Source: the human T2T-CHM13v2.0 reference genome, Homo sapiens. Taken from it: a stretch of 64,000 nucleotides of DNA. This document shows positions 44,075-61,560 of this stretch, piece after piece. The notes under the pieces are model-generated. The model had not been told where the DNA came from. It did not search any database and saw only the letters and a program-made list of their open reading frames with translations. A program made the translations under genes and the position numbers. The stretch lies in the NCBI RefSeq assembly GCF_009914755.1, contig NC_060934.1, one strand, 5' to 3'. Within the stretch, counting starts at the first letter, position 1; each line of letters opens with the position of its first letter.

Positions 44075-45067
44075 TAGTTAATGCCTTTTCCTGCTTTTAA
44101 TGTCATCCAATTCAATAGAAAGATATGGAATACTATGTAATTAATTTTTAAAGTTCCTCTACCTAACTCTCAAATAGATTTTTGGTGCTGAGTATTATTG
44201 TAGGAAACTGATAGTTTGGTAAGGTCTCAGTCCAGCTACGAATTAATATGGTTTCTTGGCTAAATTATATACTCTTTTTCTGTATTTTAGTTTTCTCATC
44301 TATAGAATGCTACTTGTAATATCTGCCATAGAAGTGTACCTCATAGAAGTCTAAAGAGAACTAAATTATGTATATGAAAATATATGTCAATTTATCTAGG
44401 GCAAAGGCTACACTTTACTAATTGCTGCATACCCAGCATGTCACACTGTGAAACAGTAGCCCCCAAAGCCCAAAAGAGGAAATATTACATTCAGTAAATA
44501 TTTGTTGAATTGAAAAAGCACTCTACCAGTGTGGATTTTTACCTGTTTTTTGTGTGTGTGTGTGTGATACTTAACAGTATTTCTAATTGCCTTAAATAGT
44601 AGTATGACATTTTTTAAAAAGTTAAATAAATTTTATTTTAATTAGAATTATATTCATGTTATGTAATTTTTGTGTGGTGATACTGTGTGGATGGATATTA
44701 TGATAGGAGACAGAATACAAAATCATATAACAAATCACTAGATGTTATAATTCACAAGTTTGAAACAATGATACATATTCATTTAAGGTATTAAGATGCT
44801 ATCATAATGCTTTTGATGTTATAGATTCAGATGAAGTGAAAAAAGAAGTTTTACATTAATGTATGCCATCAACTTTGAGCCTGTGGCTTGTTTATGTGGT
44901 TTATAGTTTGTCCTTGACAAATAGATGTAAATATTAATTTTACTTATTTTAACTAGGACTAGGTCCTTTTTGATGAATAATCAGTGTAAAACTGATTATT
45001 TAGATTTACTTGTAAAAATATTGTGATAAGAACTTTTTATAGAGTTTTCTTTTTTAACTTCTCACAG

Positions 45068-45272
45068 GTACTATTCTGCCCTAAAAACTATGGAACAATT
45101 AGAGAATGTGTACTTTCCCTGGGTTAGTCAATACCGGTTTTGTCAGCTCATGATAGAAAATCTTCCCAAACTCCGTGAGGATATTAAAGAAATCTCCATG
45201 TCTGATCTCAAAGACTTTTTGGAAAGTATTCGAAAACATTCTGACAAAATAGGTGAAACAGCAATGAAACAG
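45068..45272 (+). CDS. EXOC6: EXOC6 coding exon (presumed exon 6), 205 nt, phase 2 to 0
   Basis: ctcacag|G TAC TAT...AAA CAG|gtgaga; YYSALKTMEQLENVYFPWVSQYRFCQLMIENLPKLREDIKEISMSDLKDFLESIRKHSDKIGETAMKQ. Confidence 0.96.
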
Positions 45273-45729
45273 GTGAGATTAAAAATAATTTTGATTTAAT
45301 ATTATTTAGTAATACAGGATCTGGAAAATATCCAAGGTTTACTTCTTTAACTTACATAAAATGCTTATTTTTGTTTTACCTTTTTCTTATCTTTTCTGGT
45401 TATTGTTTAGAAAGGATTCTATCAGTGTTTTCTTTGGCTTCACATTTATTCCTTTTTTAAGTAAAATCAGTCTAACATGAATTCTTTAGTTACTGCCCGA
45501 ACTCTCAGCATTCTTCTCCATATATGTGGTGTTATGTTATCCTTTACCACCAGCCAAATCTGGTATAGAATTAGCTAAACAGTGGCAGCCCCAGAGGCAA
45601 GTGGGAGCCTTTTTATGCTAAGATTCTAAACTGTTCTCTATTTAAAACAAATTAAAAGTATTAACTGTGAATTAAAAACTACTACAGTTCAATAATAAAC
45701 GGACAAACAATGGGAAAAGCCTCAGCAGT

Positions 45730-46250
45730 TAGGAAGTCAATATATCTACCTTTTGAGTCAGCAGTTCCACTCCTAGGTGTTTATCAGTGAGAAACAAAAA
45801 AACATGGGCTCACGATAGTCATAGCATCTTTGTTCACAGTTAGCCCCAAACTGGAAACAACCCAAATGGCTTTCAGAAGGAGAATGGATACACAAATGGT
45901 GGTATATTCATACAATGGAATACTACCTAGCAATAAAAAGGAATGAATTACTGCTAATGCAACAACATGTATGAATCTCACAGATGTGTTGAGCCACAGA
46001 AATTGAATACAAAAAGGCACAAACTGTGTGATTCCATTTTTACGTCATTCGAAAGCAGGTAGACTAAGATGGAAAAAATCAGAACAGTGGTTACCTCTGG
46101 GTGGGGAAATTGCCTAGGAAAGGACACAAGGGGACTTTCTGGGGAGATGGAAATGTTTTATACCATGATAAAAATGTATTTGTCAAACTTGTACAGATCT
46201 TAGCTATACATTTCAATGTATATACATCTTACTTAAAAAAACTATAAAAA
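45730..46250 (+). mobile_element. L1ME-like 3' fragment
   Basis: ccccaaactggaaacaacccaaatg...atacaatggaatactac motifs. Confidence 0.75.
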
Positions 46251-46288
46251 AAATAAACTATAAATAGAAAACTGTACAAAATAATTTG

Positions 46289-46698
<410 letters not shown>

Positions 46699-47538
46699 TT
46701 AATAAAAAGTTAAAAAATAATTAAATTTTCTAAGAGCTGTTCTTGCAATGTCATAGAAATGAAACAATGTCATAGAAATAAAACAATGCTCAACACTATT
46801 TCTTCTTTTTGTCTTTGCATTGCACACTCTTACATGATTTCTAATGCGTGATTTTTTTTTCCCCCAAGTATTACAAACTACTTTGGAAACTCCTAAGTCT
46901 TTCTTACTGGTTGTCTCTGGTCAGTGAGGGTCTTCCCCATTATAGAGCTCCTCACCATTGTATTCTTCCCTTCAATATTACAGTGTTTTCAATACTATTT
47001 CTCCTACCTCTGGCCAAGGAAATCTGTGCATGCCATGGGAGTTAAAAACACAAGCGCTTGGTAAATTTTTTCAGTATGAGAATGCCAACAGTAGTTTAAA
47101 GTTCATATTCCATTATACATTTTAATCACAAGTGTCGATATTAAACTTATCTTCTTTGACTTGTTTTTCATAGACCAGTTTTGGATTCTTTCCACTTAGG
47201 GAGTCCATCAAATCATGGGCCCTAGGATTTAAGATTTACAAAAATTTATTTCTGGGAGAGAATAGACTCTCTTGGTCCACTATCATTTTTTCCTCATAAA
47301 AGTTATCAAGCTCCCTATCATTGCAATTTAAACAGACATTTCATACAGAAACCTTTTCTTAGCATCTCTCTGTGGGGATGTTTTTCTTTACAATTTCTTC
47401 TTTTGGAAATAACTTCCACAGAGTTGAGAAGTTAGAGAGTTTTCCTTATAGTGAGAGTTAGACTTCTCAAGATTTGATAAGAAAAGTTGTATTTTTTTTG
47501 TCTTGGTATCCCTTCATGCTACCTTTCAATTTCTTGTG

Positions 47539-47542
<4 letters not shown>

Positions 47543-47612
<70 letters not shown>
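47543..47612. repeat. (TC)n(TG)n compound microsatellite
   Basis: Directly visible. Confidence 0.95.
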
Positions 47613-47614
<2 letters not shown>

Positions 47615-47920
47615 TGTATGTATAAGAAGCCTCCTGAAGTCTCTCATCAGCTGTGCTCAGTTTGGCAGAGTCACAGTTTAGTTCTGGAATCTTCTAGGTG
47701 GCATGAGTGTAAAGCTTATACCTTGTAAAGCAGCCCCCGCCTTTGGGTGCACTCTGTATCCTGTGCTTAATTCCGTGATCTCGTATCCCTTTTACGGATG
47801 GATGGACTTGTTATGTATTAATTTAAATATCTTAAAGCTACCCCAAACCCAGCATTTCTAAAACTAAACCCATTCTTTTTTTCCTAAATCTATTTTTCTT
47901 ATATTTGCTATCTCAGATAG

Positions 47921-48795
47921 TATTGCAGGATCTGGCCAGCAGCCCGCAATGCAACGGGGCTCTCTATTTGTTCCCAGGCGGATCAGCAGGTCGAGAAATA
48001 ATAGACACACACAAGATAGTGAAAGCTGGGTCCAGGGGGGTCACTGCCTTCTGGTCCCACGGTGCCTCCAATGCACTGGATATACCAGCATTTATTATTA
48101 AGTTTAGTGAGGGCGGGGTAGGTTAGTGAGGGATTTAGGGTCATTTGATTATGAGGTGAGATGGTCACATGGGGATGAAGTAATTCTTTAACATAACATC
48201 TATAGGTAGAAGTACAGTATACAGAGATAAAAATTTACAATACAGTGTGTGCATCAGTAATTTGTAACAGAGCCTTAAAACAGAAACACAGTCTTTCCAT
48301 AACCTATGATTAGCCAGATACTAATCAGCAGTAACAGTTGCAGCAAAAGCTGGTTACAAACAATCTATAGAAACAGGACGTGAAGCTAGACAACCAGTCA
48401 GACCAGAAATTCTCAGAAGGGAGTATGCCTTAACCCTAAAGGGGCCTAGAAGAGCCGTGGCAAGATGAGGGTGTTTATAGCCCTATCTTATCCATATGGA
48501 CAGGCACTCCCCTCATGCATCCATTTATAGGCTCTTCACAAGGGTTGCATTCCATTCCCAGAGCTATGAACATCTGCTTTTCTGGGATAGGAATCTTGGT
48601 GATGTGAAACCTCCCTGACTGCACGTCCATTCATAGGCTCTCTGCAGGGGGAAGCACATCACGCGCTTTTGGCTCATTCTGGCAGTCCAAACTGGCATTG
48701 TCTTTACACAATCCTGCATGCAGTTTTGTATTTACAATAATCAGGAGCATTTCATCTTTTATTCCATAGCAATAGTTTCAGGGGGTCTCCCTACA
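47921..48795 (-). mobile_element. ERVK-class solo LTR (LTR13-like), 875 bp
   Basis: Minus strand starts tgtagggagaccccctgaaactattgc; perfect 6-bp TSD AGATAG (47915-47920, 48796-48801), typical of class II ERVs; CpGs retained. Confidence 0.8.
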
Positions 48796-49667
48796 AGATA
48801 GTAGTGTCTCCTGTTTCCACAATTCCAGAAACTGGGGAGTATTTTAAACTTTTCATGAGTATTCATACTGTTAATGTTATTTGTTACTAAGTCCTACTTA
48901 GTTACTATCAATTCTGCTTCTAAATACCTGTAGATTCTGTTTCCCCCTCTACATAGCTGAACTGTTATATAGAATCATTTGTTTTCCTTATCTGTATTCT
49001 CTTCTCCTTTTGGTTACTGTCCTAAAATGCAGATAAGACCACACCACTTCATCTTAAGTGATACCCTGTTACCTTTTACTTAAGTCCAAGTTCCTCAGTC
49101 TCATCTTGATACTTGTCTCCCTTCTATGCTCTAGCAGTATTTGCTGTCTTACAGATTTTGGAATATACTAGGTGTTCACCAAGAATGTCCATTCTTTCAC
49201 ATTTCTCGGTCTGATGAATTCCTGCTTTTTCCTCCCAAAAGCGGGCTTGAACATCACCTTGTCTGTGAAATCTTCTGCCATCACCCATTACACTACTGCC
49301 AGTGAGAGATGGTCACTTCATCCTCAGTGTGTATACCATTGTACTTTTCACACTACAATTGCTTTTTTTATGTTCTTAACTAGACTGTGAATTTTTTAAG
49401 TGGAGGATTTTGCCCTGCTTATTTTTGCCTTCCTGGGATCTAGCTATTATGCCTAACATGAGTGGCACAAAAAAAGTTATTTTTGAAAATTAGTTTAGAG
49501 CTGAGTTTTAGATTGTCTAGGGAGAATTTTTTAAATTCTAATACGAGAGATGAATCCACTGTTAGTCTGATGTTTAATTAGCAATAAATATCTAAAATTT
49601 ATATTGGGTAAGTTAACATTTTCCATATAATGTTCTCTGGCACACATTTTAATATTGCTCTCTAGGG

Positions 49668-49954
49668 CAGGGGTTCCTAGCCCCCAGGCCGTGGACTGGT
49701 ACCTGTCTGTGGCCTTTAGGAACCAGGCCACACAGCAGGAGGTGAGTGGCTTGCTAAAGAGGATTACTGCCTGAGCTCCGCCTCCTGTCAGATCAGCGGC
49801 ATTCGATTCTCATAGGAGCGCAAACTCTATTGTGAACTGTGCATGCGGGGCATCTAGGTTGTGCACTCCTTATGAGAATCTAATGCCTGATCATCTGAGG
49901 TGGAACAGTTTCATCTGAAACCATCCACCTGCAAAAAAAGCCTGGGGACCACTG
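49668..49954. mobile_element. MER1B (hAT-Charlie) DNA transposon
   Basis: cagggg...ggggaccactg termini; perfect 8-bp TSD CTCTAGGG (49660-49667, 49955-49962). Confidence 0.9.
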
Positions 49955-50288
49955 CTCTAGGGAGAACAAAAGGACTAAATAGTCAAATAAATTTTGGAAA
50001 CCTGAGTTAAATAAAGTTAAGCGGATTTCTTTACTTATGAATTGTAAATCTCCTAGGAGGAGGATACAATATGTAATATTTATATAACTCATTTGAACTT
50101 AGAACCCTTTTTTCAAGGAACATCTGTTTTTACTGTGTGAATTGTTAGTTTTGTGCATAACATAATTGGGAAACAATACTCTAAATAAATGATTTTATAC
50201 TCTGAGGACAGAAAATCATTGACAAAATTAGTTTGGGCACAGAGGGAAAGGGAATACACAGGAGTGATAATAATTTTCTCCAGTACCA

Positions 50289-50304
50289 GCCTCTAGGGGG
50301 CAGC
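50289..50304 (+). promoter_or_regulatory. Candidate CTCF site
   Basis: GCCTCTAGGGGGCAGC matches the CTCF core CCNCNAGRKGGCRSY; motif match only. Confidence 0.5.
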
Positions 50305-50897
50305 CAGGATCAAAGTCTAGGTAAGAGAGGAGCCAGATTACTGCAACTTGCATGGTCTGATAACCTAAGTGTAGAGAAGGGCTGATTGGCAGTTACATGT
50401 GCCTTAGAGAGAACTCACCTAAAATAGCCAGTGCACGACCTTTCTATGTGCTAACAGAACAAAATAGCAACAATCTGACCCATCAAAACAGAGAGAATGT
50501 CTCGCAGTGTGTAAGGAAATTAAAATCCTGGAATTAAGTTTATATTTTTTTCTATTTCTGGTAATGAAGTTCTGATAGGGAAGTATTACTAAAATGCCTA
50601 AAAGTATGAGGGTTCTCAACTTTTTATTCTGTGTAAATGTTGTTTTTTGTCAATGATCAATTGTGGGATAACAGCTTCTACATTCTTAGTCTTCACAAAC
50701 TGTGGGCATTTTCAGTGGGAAGTAAAATAAGCTTGCAACTTGATGTTATAGTTCCTTCTGTGAGGTTAATGGCTAATTCAGGAAGTTGGGAGTATGGCCA
50801 AAGAGTGTTGGCCAGTCCCCCTTGCCAACACACAATATGCCAACTGAGGAAATACATGGTTCTACATAATTTTAAGACTGTTTAAAAAGGAAGAGAA

Positions 50898-51200
50898 GCT
50901 GGGTGCGGTGGGTCACACCTGTAATCCTAGCACTCTGGGAGGCTGGGGCAGGCGGATTGCTTGAGCCAGGAGTTTGGGACCAGCCTGGGCAACATGGCAA
51001 AACCCCATTTTACAAAAAAATACAAAAACAAAAAAAACAAAAAAACAAAGAAACATTAGCTGGGTGTGGTGGTGCATGCCTGTAGTCCCAGCTACTCTGG
51101 AGGCTGAGGTAGGAGGATCACCGCAGCCTGGGGAGGTTGAAGCTGCAGTGAGCTGTGATGGTGCCACTGTACTCCAGCCTGGATGACAGAGTGAGACCCT
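50898..51200 (+). mobile_element. AluJ-like followed by a T run instead of poly(A)
   Basis: Dimer ending gtgagaccctga, then T22 A7. Confidence 0.9.
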
Positions 51201-51202
51201 GA

Positions 51203-51234
<32 letters not shown>

Positions 51235-51394
51235 AATGAGAAGGCAAAAATCATGAATAAGAAAGGAGACATCACTACAAATTCTATACCTACAGACATT
51301 AAAAAGATAAAAAAAAACTATGAACAAATTTTTTGAACCAATTTTGACCATAATCAGTTTTGAAATAATCTGAATTTCTCTCTCTTCAAAATAG

Positions 51395-51550
51395 GCACAG
51401 CATCAGAAAACCTTCAGTGTTTCTCTGCAGAAACAAAATAAAATGAAATTTGGGAAAAATATGTATATAAATCGTGATAGAATTCCAGAGGAAAGGAATG
51501 AAACTGTATTGAAACATTCACTTGAAGAAGAGGATGAGAATGAAGAAGAG
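51395..51550 (+). CDS. EXOC6: EXOC6 coding exon (presumed exon 7), 156 nt, phase 0 to 0
   Basis: aaatag|GCA CAG...GAA GAG|gtgata; AQHQKTFSVSLQKQNKMKFGKNMYINRDRIPEERNETVLKHSLEEEDENEEE. Confidence 0.92.
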
Positions 51551-51658
51551 GTGATAGGTGTCTTTCTTTCTTTTCTATTATTAGATAATTTTTTTTCTTT
51601 TGGATTGTAATGTACATCTGTGTGATTTAGTCTTCCTGTATGCAAAATAAATTTATGT

Positions 51659-52454
<796 letters not shown>

Positions 52455-52577
52455 AAGTCAGTCAGATTGTATTGAGCTATTAGGACAATGGAGTCATCTG
52501 AAATGTTGGGCTAGATAATTGACAGATAAACATGATTGTAGATTATATTCCTAAATCTCTGGTAGTGGAATCTGTAG

Positions 52578-52897
<320 letters not shown>

Positions 52898-53159
52898 AAA
52901 TCTAATTATTTTTATAGTGATTACTTATATTTGAATTACCTGTTGTCAGATTTTTATTTCGTAATGTCTTGTCATTTGGCCTAATTCTGGATAGTCTACC
53001 TATTTAAAAAATTGGTGCTGAAATACTACAAAAATAACTCTACTATGATTAGTCTTTTAATGGAAAAAAAAAAAAGTTCTAGTAAGTCTAGAAACCTTGA
53101 AATTATCCTTAAATATTTTCTTTCTTTCATCTTCTATATCCAAATTCATTCTCTCGTTC

Positions 53160-53800
53160 TTTTTTTCTTTCTTTTTTTTTTTTAGAGATAGGGCTCACTG
53201 TGTTGCCCGTGAGTGCAGTGGTACAGTCATAGCTCACTACAGCCTGCAACTTCTGGGTCCAAGTGTTCTTCCCACTTCAGTCTCCCAAGTAGCTAGGACT
53301 AAAAGCACACTATCACCATGCCTGGCTAATTAAAAAAAAAATTTTTCTTATAGAGACAGAGGTCTCACTATGTTACCAAGGCTGGTCTTGAACTCAGATT
53401 ATCTTAGCCTCAAATTATCCTCTCACTCAGCCTTCCAAAGTGCTGAGATTACAGGTGTGAGCCACCATGCCCGGCATCCTATTGCTTTCGAAAGTTTTTT
53501 CTACAGGGCTTGATGCCGTGGCTCATGCCTGTGATGCTAGCACTTTGGGAGGCCGAGGGGGGCAGATTGTTTGGGCCAGGAGTTTGAGACCTGCCTGGCC
53601 AACATGGCGAAACCCTTTTCCTACAAAAAATACAAAAAAATTGCCAGGCATAGTGCCTGTATTCCCAGCTACTGGGGAGGCTGAGGTGGGAGAATCACCT
53701 GAGCCAGAGGAGGTTGAGGATGCAGTGAGCTGTGATCATGTCACTACATACCAGCCTGGGTGACAGAGTGAGACGCCCATTTCAAAAAAATAAATAAAAT
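53160..53800. mobile_element. Head-to-head Alu pair (minus 53160-53476; plus 53507-53800)
   Basis: Two old dimers in opposite orientation about 30 bp apart. Confidence 0.88.
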
Positions 53801-54053
53801 TATCTCCACAGAATCTTCTATTGAACTTACCTTTTATCGTCCTTTTCAATTTTTTTTTAAATTTAGCTACTATCATAGGAACCTTGTTATTCCCAATTAA
53901 TTTATAAGTTTTGCCTTGCCAATGAGATTTTAAATTCTTTTTCTAAGGACATAATTGGGATGCAGTAAGAATTTTTAGTTGAACCATACGACTATGTGCT
54001 CATGACTGCATTTGTGAATGGGTGAACAGCTGAGTGTTTACTATGTGCATTTC

Positions 54054-54360
54054 TTTTTTTTTTTTTTTGAGACAGGGTCTTACTCTGTCACCCAGGCTGG
54101 AGAGCAGTTGGCATAATCATGGCTTACTGTAACCTCAAACTCTTATGTTCAAATGCTCCTCCTGCTTCAGCCTCCCAAGTAGTTGGAACTACAGGCACAT
54201 GCCTGTATATACTATATCCAGCTAATTTTTTTATATTTTTTGTAGAGATGGGGAACTGCCGTGTTGTCCAGGCTGGTCTTGAACTCCTGGCTTCAAGTGG
54301 TCCTTCTGCTTTGGCCTCCTAAAGTGCTGGGATTGTAGGCGTGAGCCACCACACCCAGCC
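54054..54360 (-). mobile_element. AluJ-like
   Basis: Full dimer. Confidence 0.88.
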
Positions 54361-55618
54361 ACTATGTACATTTCTGCTGTATATCTGAGGATGAGGTGAT
54401 ACATATGTACATAGTCACACAAATATATATGTAGTATATATGTAATATATTTGTGTGAATATGTATGCACATATGTGTATGTGTGTATATATGTGTATAT
54501 ATGTATATATATGCGTATGTAGTGAATGTCTGCTATTGTACTGAATACAGACAAATGAACAGCTTCAAACAGTTAAATGCCTTCCTAATGTGGAATTAGT
54601 ATGTCCTGATTAGTCCCTTGAAATTATTATTAGGTTTTTTGTCCCTTTAAATTAAATAAATATTTTTGACCTCTGCTTTTTTGTTCTTTCTAAATATTCA
54701 GAGGACCTCTGTATTATTTTCTCCTTTGAGGTTCAGAATGTTGAAAATAGACCATCTAGTCTTCTTACTTCAATTTTCCCCTTCCTGTTCTGTATATCTT
54801 TCCTGCTGGGAGCATCACCATCATGCCTTACCCCCAGACCTTTACATTTAGAGGAGCTTGGTGGTTTCCCTGTTCTCTCAGATCTATTTTACTACTATAC
54901 TGCACTACATTTTGTTTTTATCATTTTCCCTAATAAGCAATGTTATAGTAAAAATAATTTAAGTTCACTCTGGAGATTCACATGAGTACAAATGTGTTCC
55001 TTTAAAAAGGGTTTATGTATTTCTCAAGTTTGAGAAACTTTATAGTACTACATTTCATCAATTGTAAGGCATTTTTTTTTCCACATAACATTTCAGAATA
55101 TAGGATACATCTTAAAGATGATGGTGTTATAGTTTTAAGTGGTGGTGTTTTTTCTTTCTTAGCAGTCTGTAAAATAATACTGATAGTGTCTTTAATTCAG
55201 TGCAATAATGACCAATCATATGACATAGCTGCGTAAGAACAGGAACTTTGTCTATAGCCAAATCATGAAATCTGTGTATCATTTTTACCCAAAACAATAA
55301 TAAGGTATCTAGTTATCCATAGCAGTTTTCTGTAATCTATCATACATATTAAAAATATACAATTTCTCTCCTTGGTTACCTTAAGTTGAAAACAGTCCAC
55401 AGTGATAATAAACATACTACAAAGAATAAACTGCTGAAGAAATGCCAAAACAAAATAAAGAAGGTTTTGCGTTTATAGTGTATGCTTTCTATGGGGGAAT
55501 TGAATAAATGTTGTAACACAAAGTTCATGAATCTTCTTGCCTATCTTTAACTTTACATTATCTAATGGTGGTCTAATAGTTTGACCTATAATTTTTTTAA
55601 AAATGGTTTAATTTTCAG

Positions 55619-55687
55619 ATCTTAACTGTTCAGGATCTTGTTGATTTTTCCCCTGTTTATCGATGTTTGCACATTTATTCTGTTTTG
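55619..55687 (+). CDS. EXOC6: EXOC6 coding exon (presumed exon 8), 69 nt, phase 0 to 0
   Basis: ttttcag|ATC TTA...GTT TTG|gtaagt; ILTVQDLVDFSPVYRCLHIYSVL. Confidence 0.95.
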
Positions 55688-55839
55688 GTAAGTATGTTTT
55701 ATATTTATGTATATATAGCTTTATATTATTTAAAAGGCATGTATGTATTTTAGGCCCTAAAAATTGATCATATGCTGTAAATCTTCACATAATTCTTTGT
55801 GAAATATCCACTCTGTGTAAGGCACTTACATTTTTTGTT

Positions 55840-57270
<1,431 letters not shown>

Positions 57271-57279
57271 TATTGTTTT

Positions 57280-57884
<605 letters not shown>

Positions 57885-58987
57885 CTAATTTCTTATTATT
57901 GTTACAACTCTTCTTCCTTCTACTTGTTATTCCAGTTCTGCCATTTCCCAGCATTATAGCATTGGGAAAATTACTTCCCTTATTTGAGTTCCTCATTTGC
58001 AAAATATGGTTAACAATTTCTAAGGCTATGTTGGATATTATAGTCAATATAAATAATAAAAGTGCTTGGTATAGGACCTGGTATAAAATATCAGGCAGTA
58101 AATGTTAAAGGGGTTATTATAAAAGGGTTACATTAATATGTATGCTTTCAAGGACTGTTGACTGTAAGTCTACTTTAGCCAAAAAAGCTCTTTGTCCGAA
58201 ATCCTAAGGTATCCTACTCTATTTGATCAAATATGAGTATTCCATGAAAGGAAAATAGGTATAATGTCAAAAAAAGGGATTCTCTTTGGAAAATGCTGCA
58301 CACAATATTCACAATATAGCTTATCATAGCTTATCATTTTTCAGACTTTGAGAAGTCCTAAGAGCTTCTCTGACTTTACTTAGCTGGCTGTATCCTAAAC
58401 TTTGAGTATAGGGATCATTTTTTTTCTTAGAATACTGAATATTGAATGAGTTAATTTCCTAATTATCTGATGAATACCAAATATAGTGTGCGAATTGCTG
58501 CCCTAGGAGTTTTTAAGGGTATGTGAAGGCTTTCCAAGGGGCCCTGGGCTAGAAACTTTAGGGAAATAAATTTTAGGTCCAGGCTTTCTTTCTAAAAATG
58601 ATCTGTTTGGGAAGCCCAACCTGTCTTCAGAATAGTTCTTCTCTTACTGTTGGTGCTCTGCTCAGATTCCCTTGGGTCCCTTTTCAGCTAGAAGCTACCC
58701 CACATCAGATTACCAATGTTGAGATTAATAAGTTATGGTGTGTAGATATGGTGTTTGAAAGCCTAGCTTCCTTGCCTAGATTAGGACAACACTGAGGTAT
58801 AACTTATGCTCTGAAGTTGCAGTGTGGAATCAGGCACACAATTTTTTGCCTTAGATGGTACCCTTGGTTGGCTTCCTCTTGTTCCTTTCACTTTCTTCAC
58901 TTCTTGAACAGTTTCCTTCTTCAACATTTCTTTAGTTTATCATTGATCTCAGATTCTGTTCCTAGGACAGCTACCTAAGATAGTGAC

Positions 58988-59472
58988 CATATTAGTTATC
59001 AATTGCTGTATAACACACTGCCTTAAAACAACAAACATTATTATTCCACAGTGTCAGCAGTCAGGGAGTCGCTTAGCTGGCTGGTTCTGGCTACAGGTCT
59101 CTTATGAGATTCTAGTCAAGATGTCATGAGGACTGCTGTCATCTGAAGGCTTAACAGGGGCTGGAGGATTTGCCTCTATGATGGCTGCTGGTAGAAGGCC
59201 TCAGTTCCTTGCCACATGGAGTGTCTACTAGGCTGCCTGAAAGTCCTCATGACATGGCAGCTGGCTTCCCCCAGAGTGAGTCATCCAGGAGAGAAACCAA
59301 AGTGGAAGCCATCATTCCTTTTATAACACAATCTCAGAAGTGACATACCATTACTTCTGCTTTATCCTATTCAGCACATAGATGAACTCAGGTGCATTGT
59401 GGGAGGGGACCACACAAGGGTATGAATACCATGAGGTGGGGATCTTTGGAGGCTGTTTTGAAGGCTACCACG
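58988..59472 (-). mobile_element. MLT1-family MaLR LTR
   Basis: tattagttatcaattgctgtataaca...ttttggaaggctaccac termini. Confidence 0.7.
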
Positions 59473-60319
59473 TTTACTTTATAAATGAAAATCATACCCT
59501 TCACTGATACTCAGTACTACCATGGTGCATTGTCTTGAGGTGTAAAAGCTTCCAGGGTGCCAAATAAAGGAGAAGTCTCCTTTAATTATTAATCAAGGAA
59601 CTGTATTGGGAGTTCCTTCCTTTCCATTTTTGCACAAATTTCTGTTAAGGGTAAATCATATTAGGAACAGTATATTTTGTCCTGTGGTAGGATATTCTGA
59701 ATTTAGATATGTAGTAGGGAGTAATGACATAGGTAGGAATAACGATAGTTTCCTTTTAATGACCTGTTCTTTTTCCCCCTAGCTATTGACAACAAGTAAT
59801 TGCTTTTAAGAGAGAGTCCCTGTGAGAGTAGAGCAAAGAGAACACAGAGAATTTTGATTGCTAAAACTATGTCCTATGTGTTTAAATGTAAACAATGATT
59901 TTGACTAATCTTAATACTCTTCGTTAGGATGTATCATTTGCTGTAAAGAAAAACACCTTTAAACAGCCAAATGATATGGGTTAGTAAAGCTGTATCTTTT
60001 AAACATGAATGGAGTGTTTTCTGGGGCTGCCAAAAATTTTAAGTTACACTGGCTAACTTTATTTTTTCATATTCATGTACATTATGATTCGATAAAGTGG
60101 GTAAAGCTGTTTAGCTGTCATAAGTCTAAGTCCAATTGTTTAATGTTTTCTACTTCATATTTAAAGTAAACCCTGGCTATTCATTTTTAGCAGCATATAC
60201 CATTCTCTTTTGTTAAACACCCAGAAAAAGGATGGTCATCATATCTAATGAAATTAATGGAGTTATGCCTGATTTTATTGTTTGATTTATTGATTAATAG
60301 GGGTGCATTTTTTTATGTA

Positions 60320-60650
60320 CTTTTATTTATTTTAGTAGCTTTAGGGGTACAAGTGGCTTTTGGTTATGTGGATGAATTGTATAGTAATGAAGTCTAGGCT
60401 TTTAGTGTACTTGTCACCTGAATAGTGTACATTGTACCCAATAGGTGATTTTTTTCATCCTTCACCCCACTTCTGAATCTCCAATGTTCATTATACCACT
60501 CCACATGCCTCTGTATACCCATAGCTTAGCTCCCACTGATGAGTGAGAACATGCAGTATTTGGTTTTCTGTTCCTGAGTTCTGTCACTTAGGATAATGGT
60601 CTCTAGTTCCATCCAGGTTGCTCCAAAAAATATTATTTTATCCTTTTTTA
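60320..60650 (-). mobile_element. L1PB/L1MA 3' end
   Basis: ggggtacaagtggctttttggtta...gagtgagaacatgcagtatttgg. Confidence 0.8.
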
Positions 60651-60905
60651 TATCCCTGATTTTTATACTTGGTTGTATTTAATTATTTCCAAAAGTTGAA
60701 CAGGTTTTATGTATGTCCACATGTTAATGGAAGGCATGTAGTATTGTTTATTATGCTCCTTACTTCATAAAAGCTTAGAATTTTAGTTGTATATTACATT
60801 GCATTATTGTAAATTAAGTAATGAAAACAGAATAAGTAATGAGAAACTGATTTATTGTCTTGATTTTAAGGGTGTGAATGCACAAAACAATCACACTGGG
60901 TTTAA

Positions 60906-61560
<655 letters not shown>

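Noticed and set aside
46746-46789. 20-bp tandem duplication caatgtcatagaaat(g/a)aaa
   Set aside because: Ordinary slippage duplication, not a CRISPR-like or functional array.
51403-51645. Minus-strand Ser-rich ORF
   Set aside because: It is the antisense shadow of the Glu-rich (GAA/GAG) end of exon 7.
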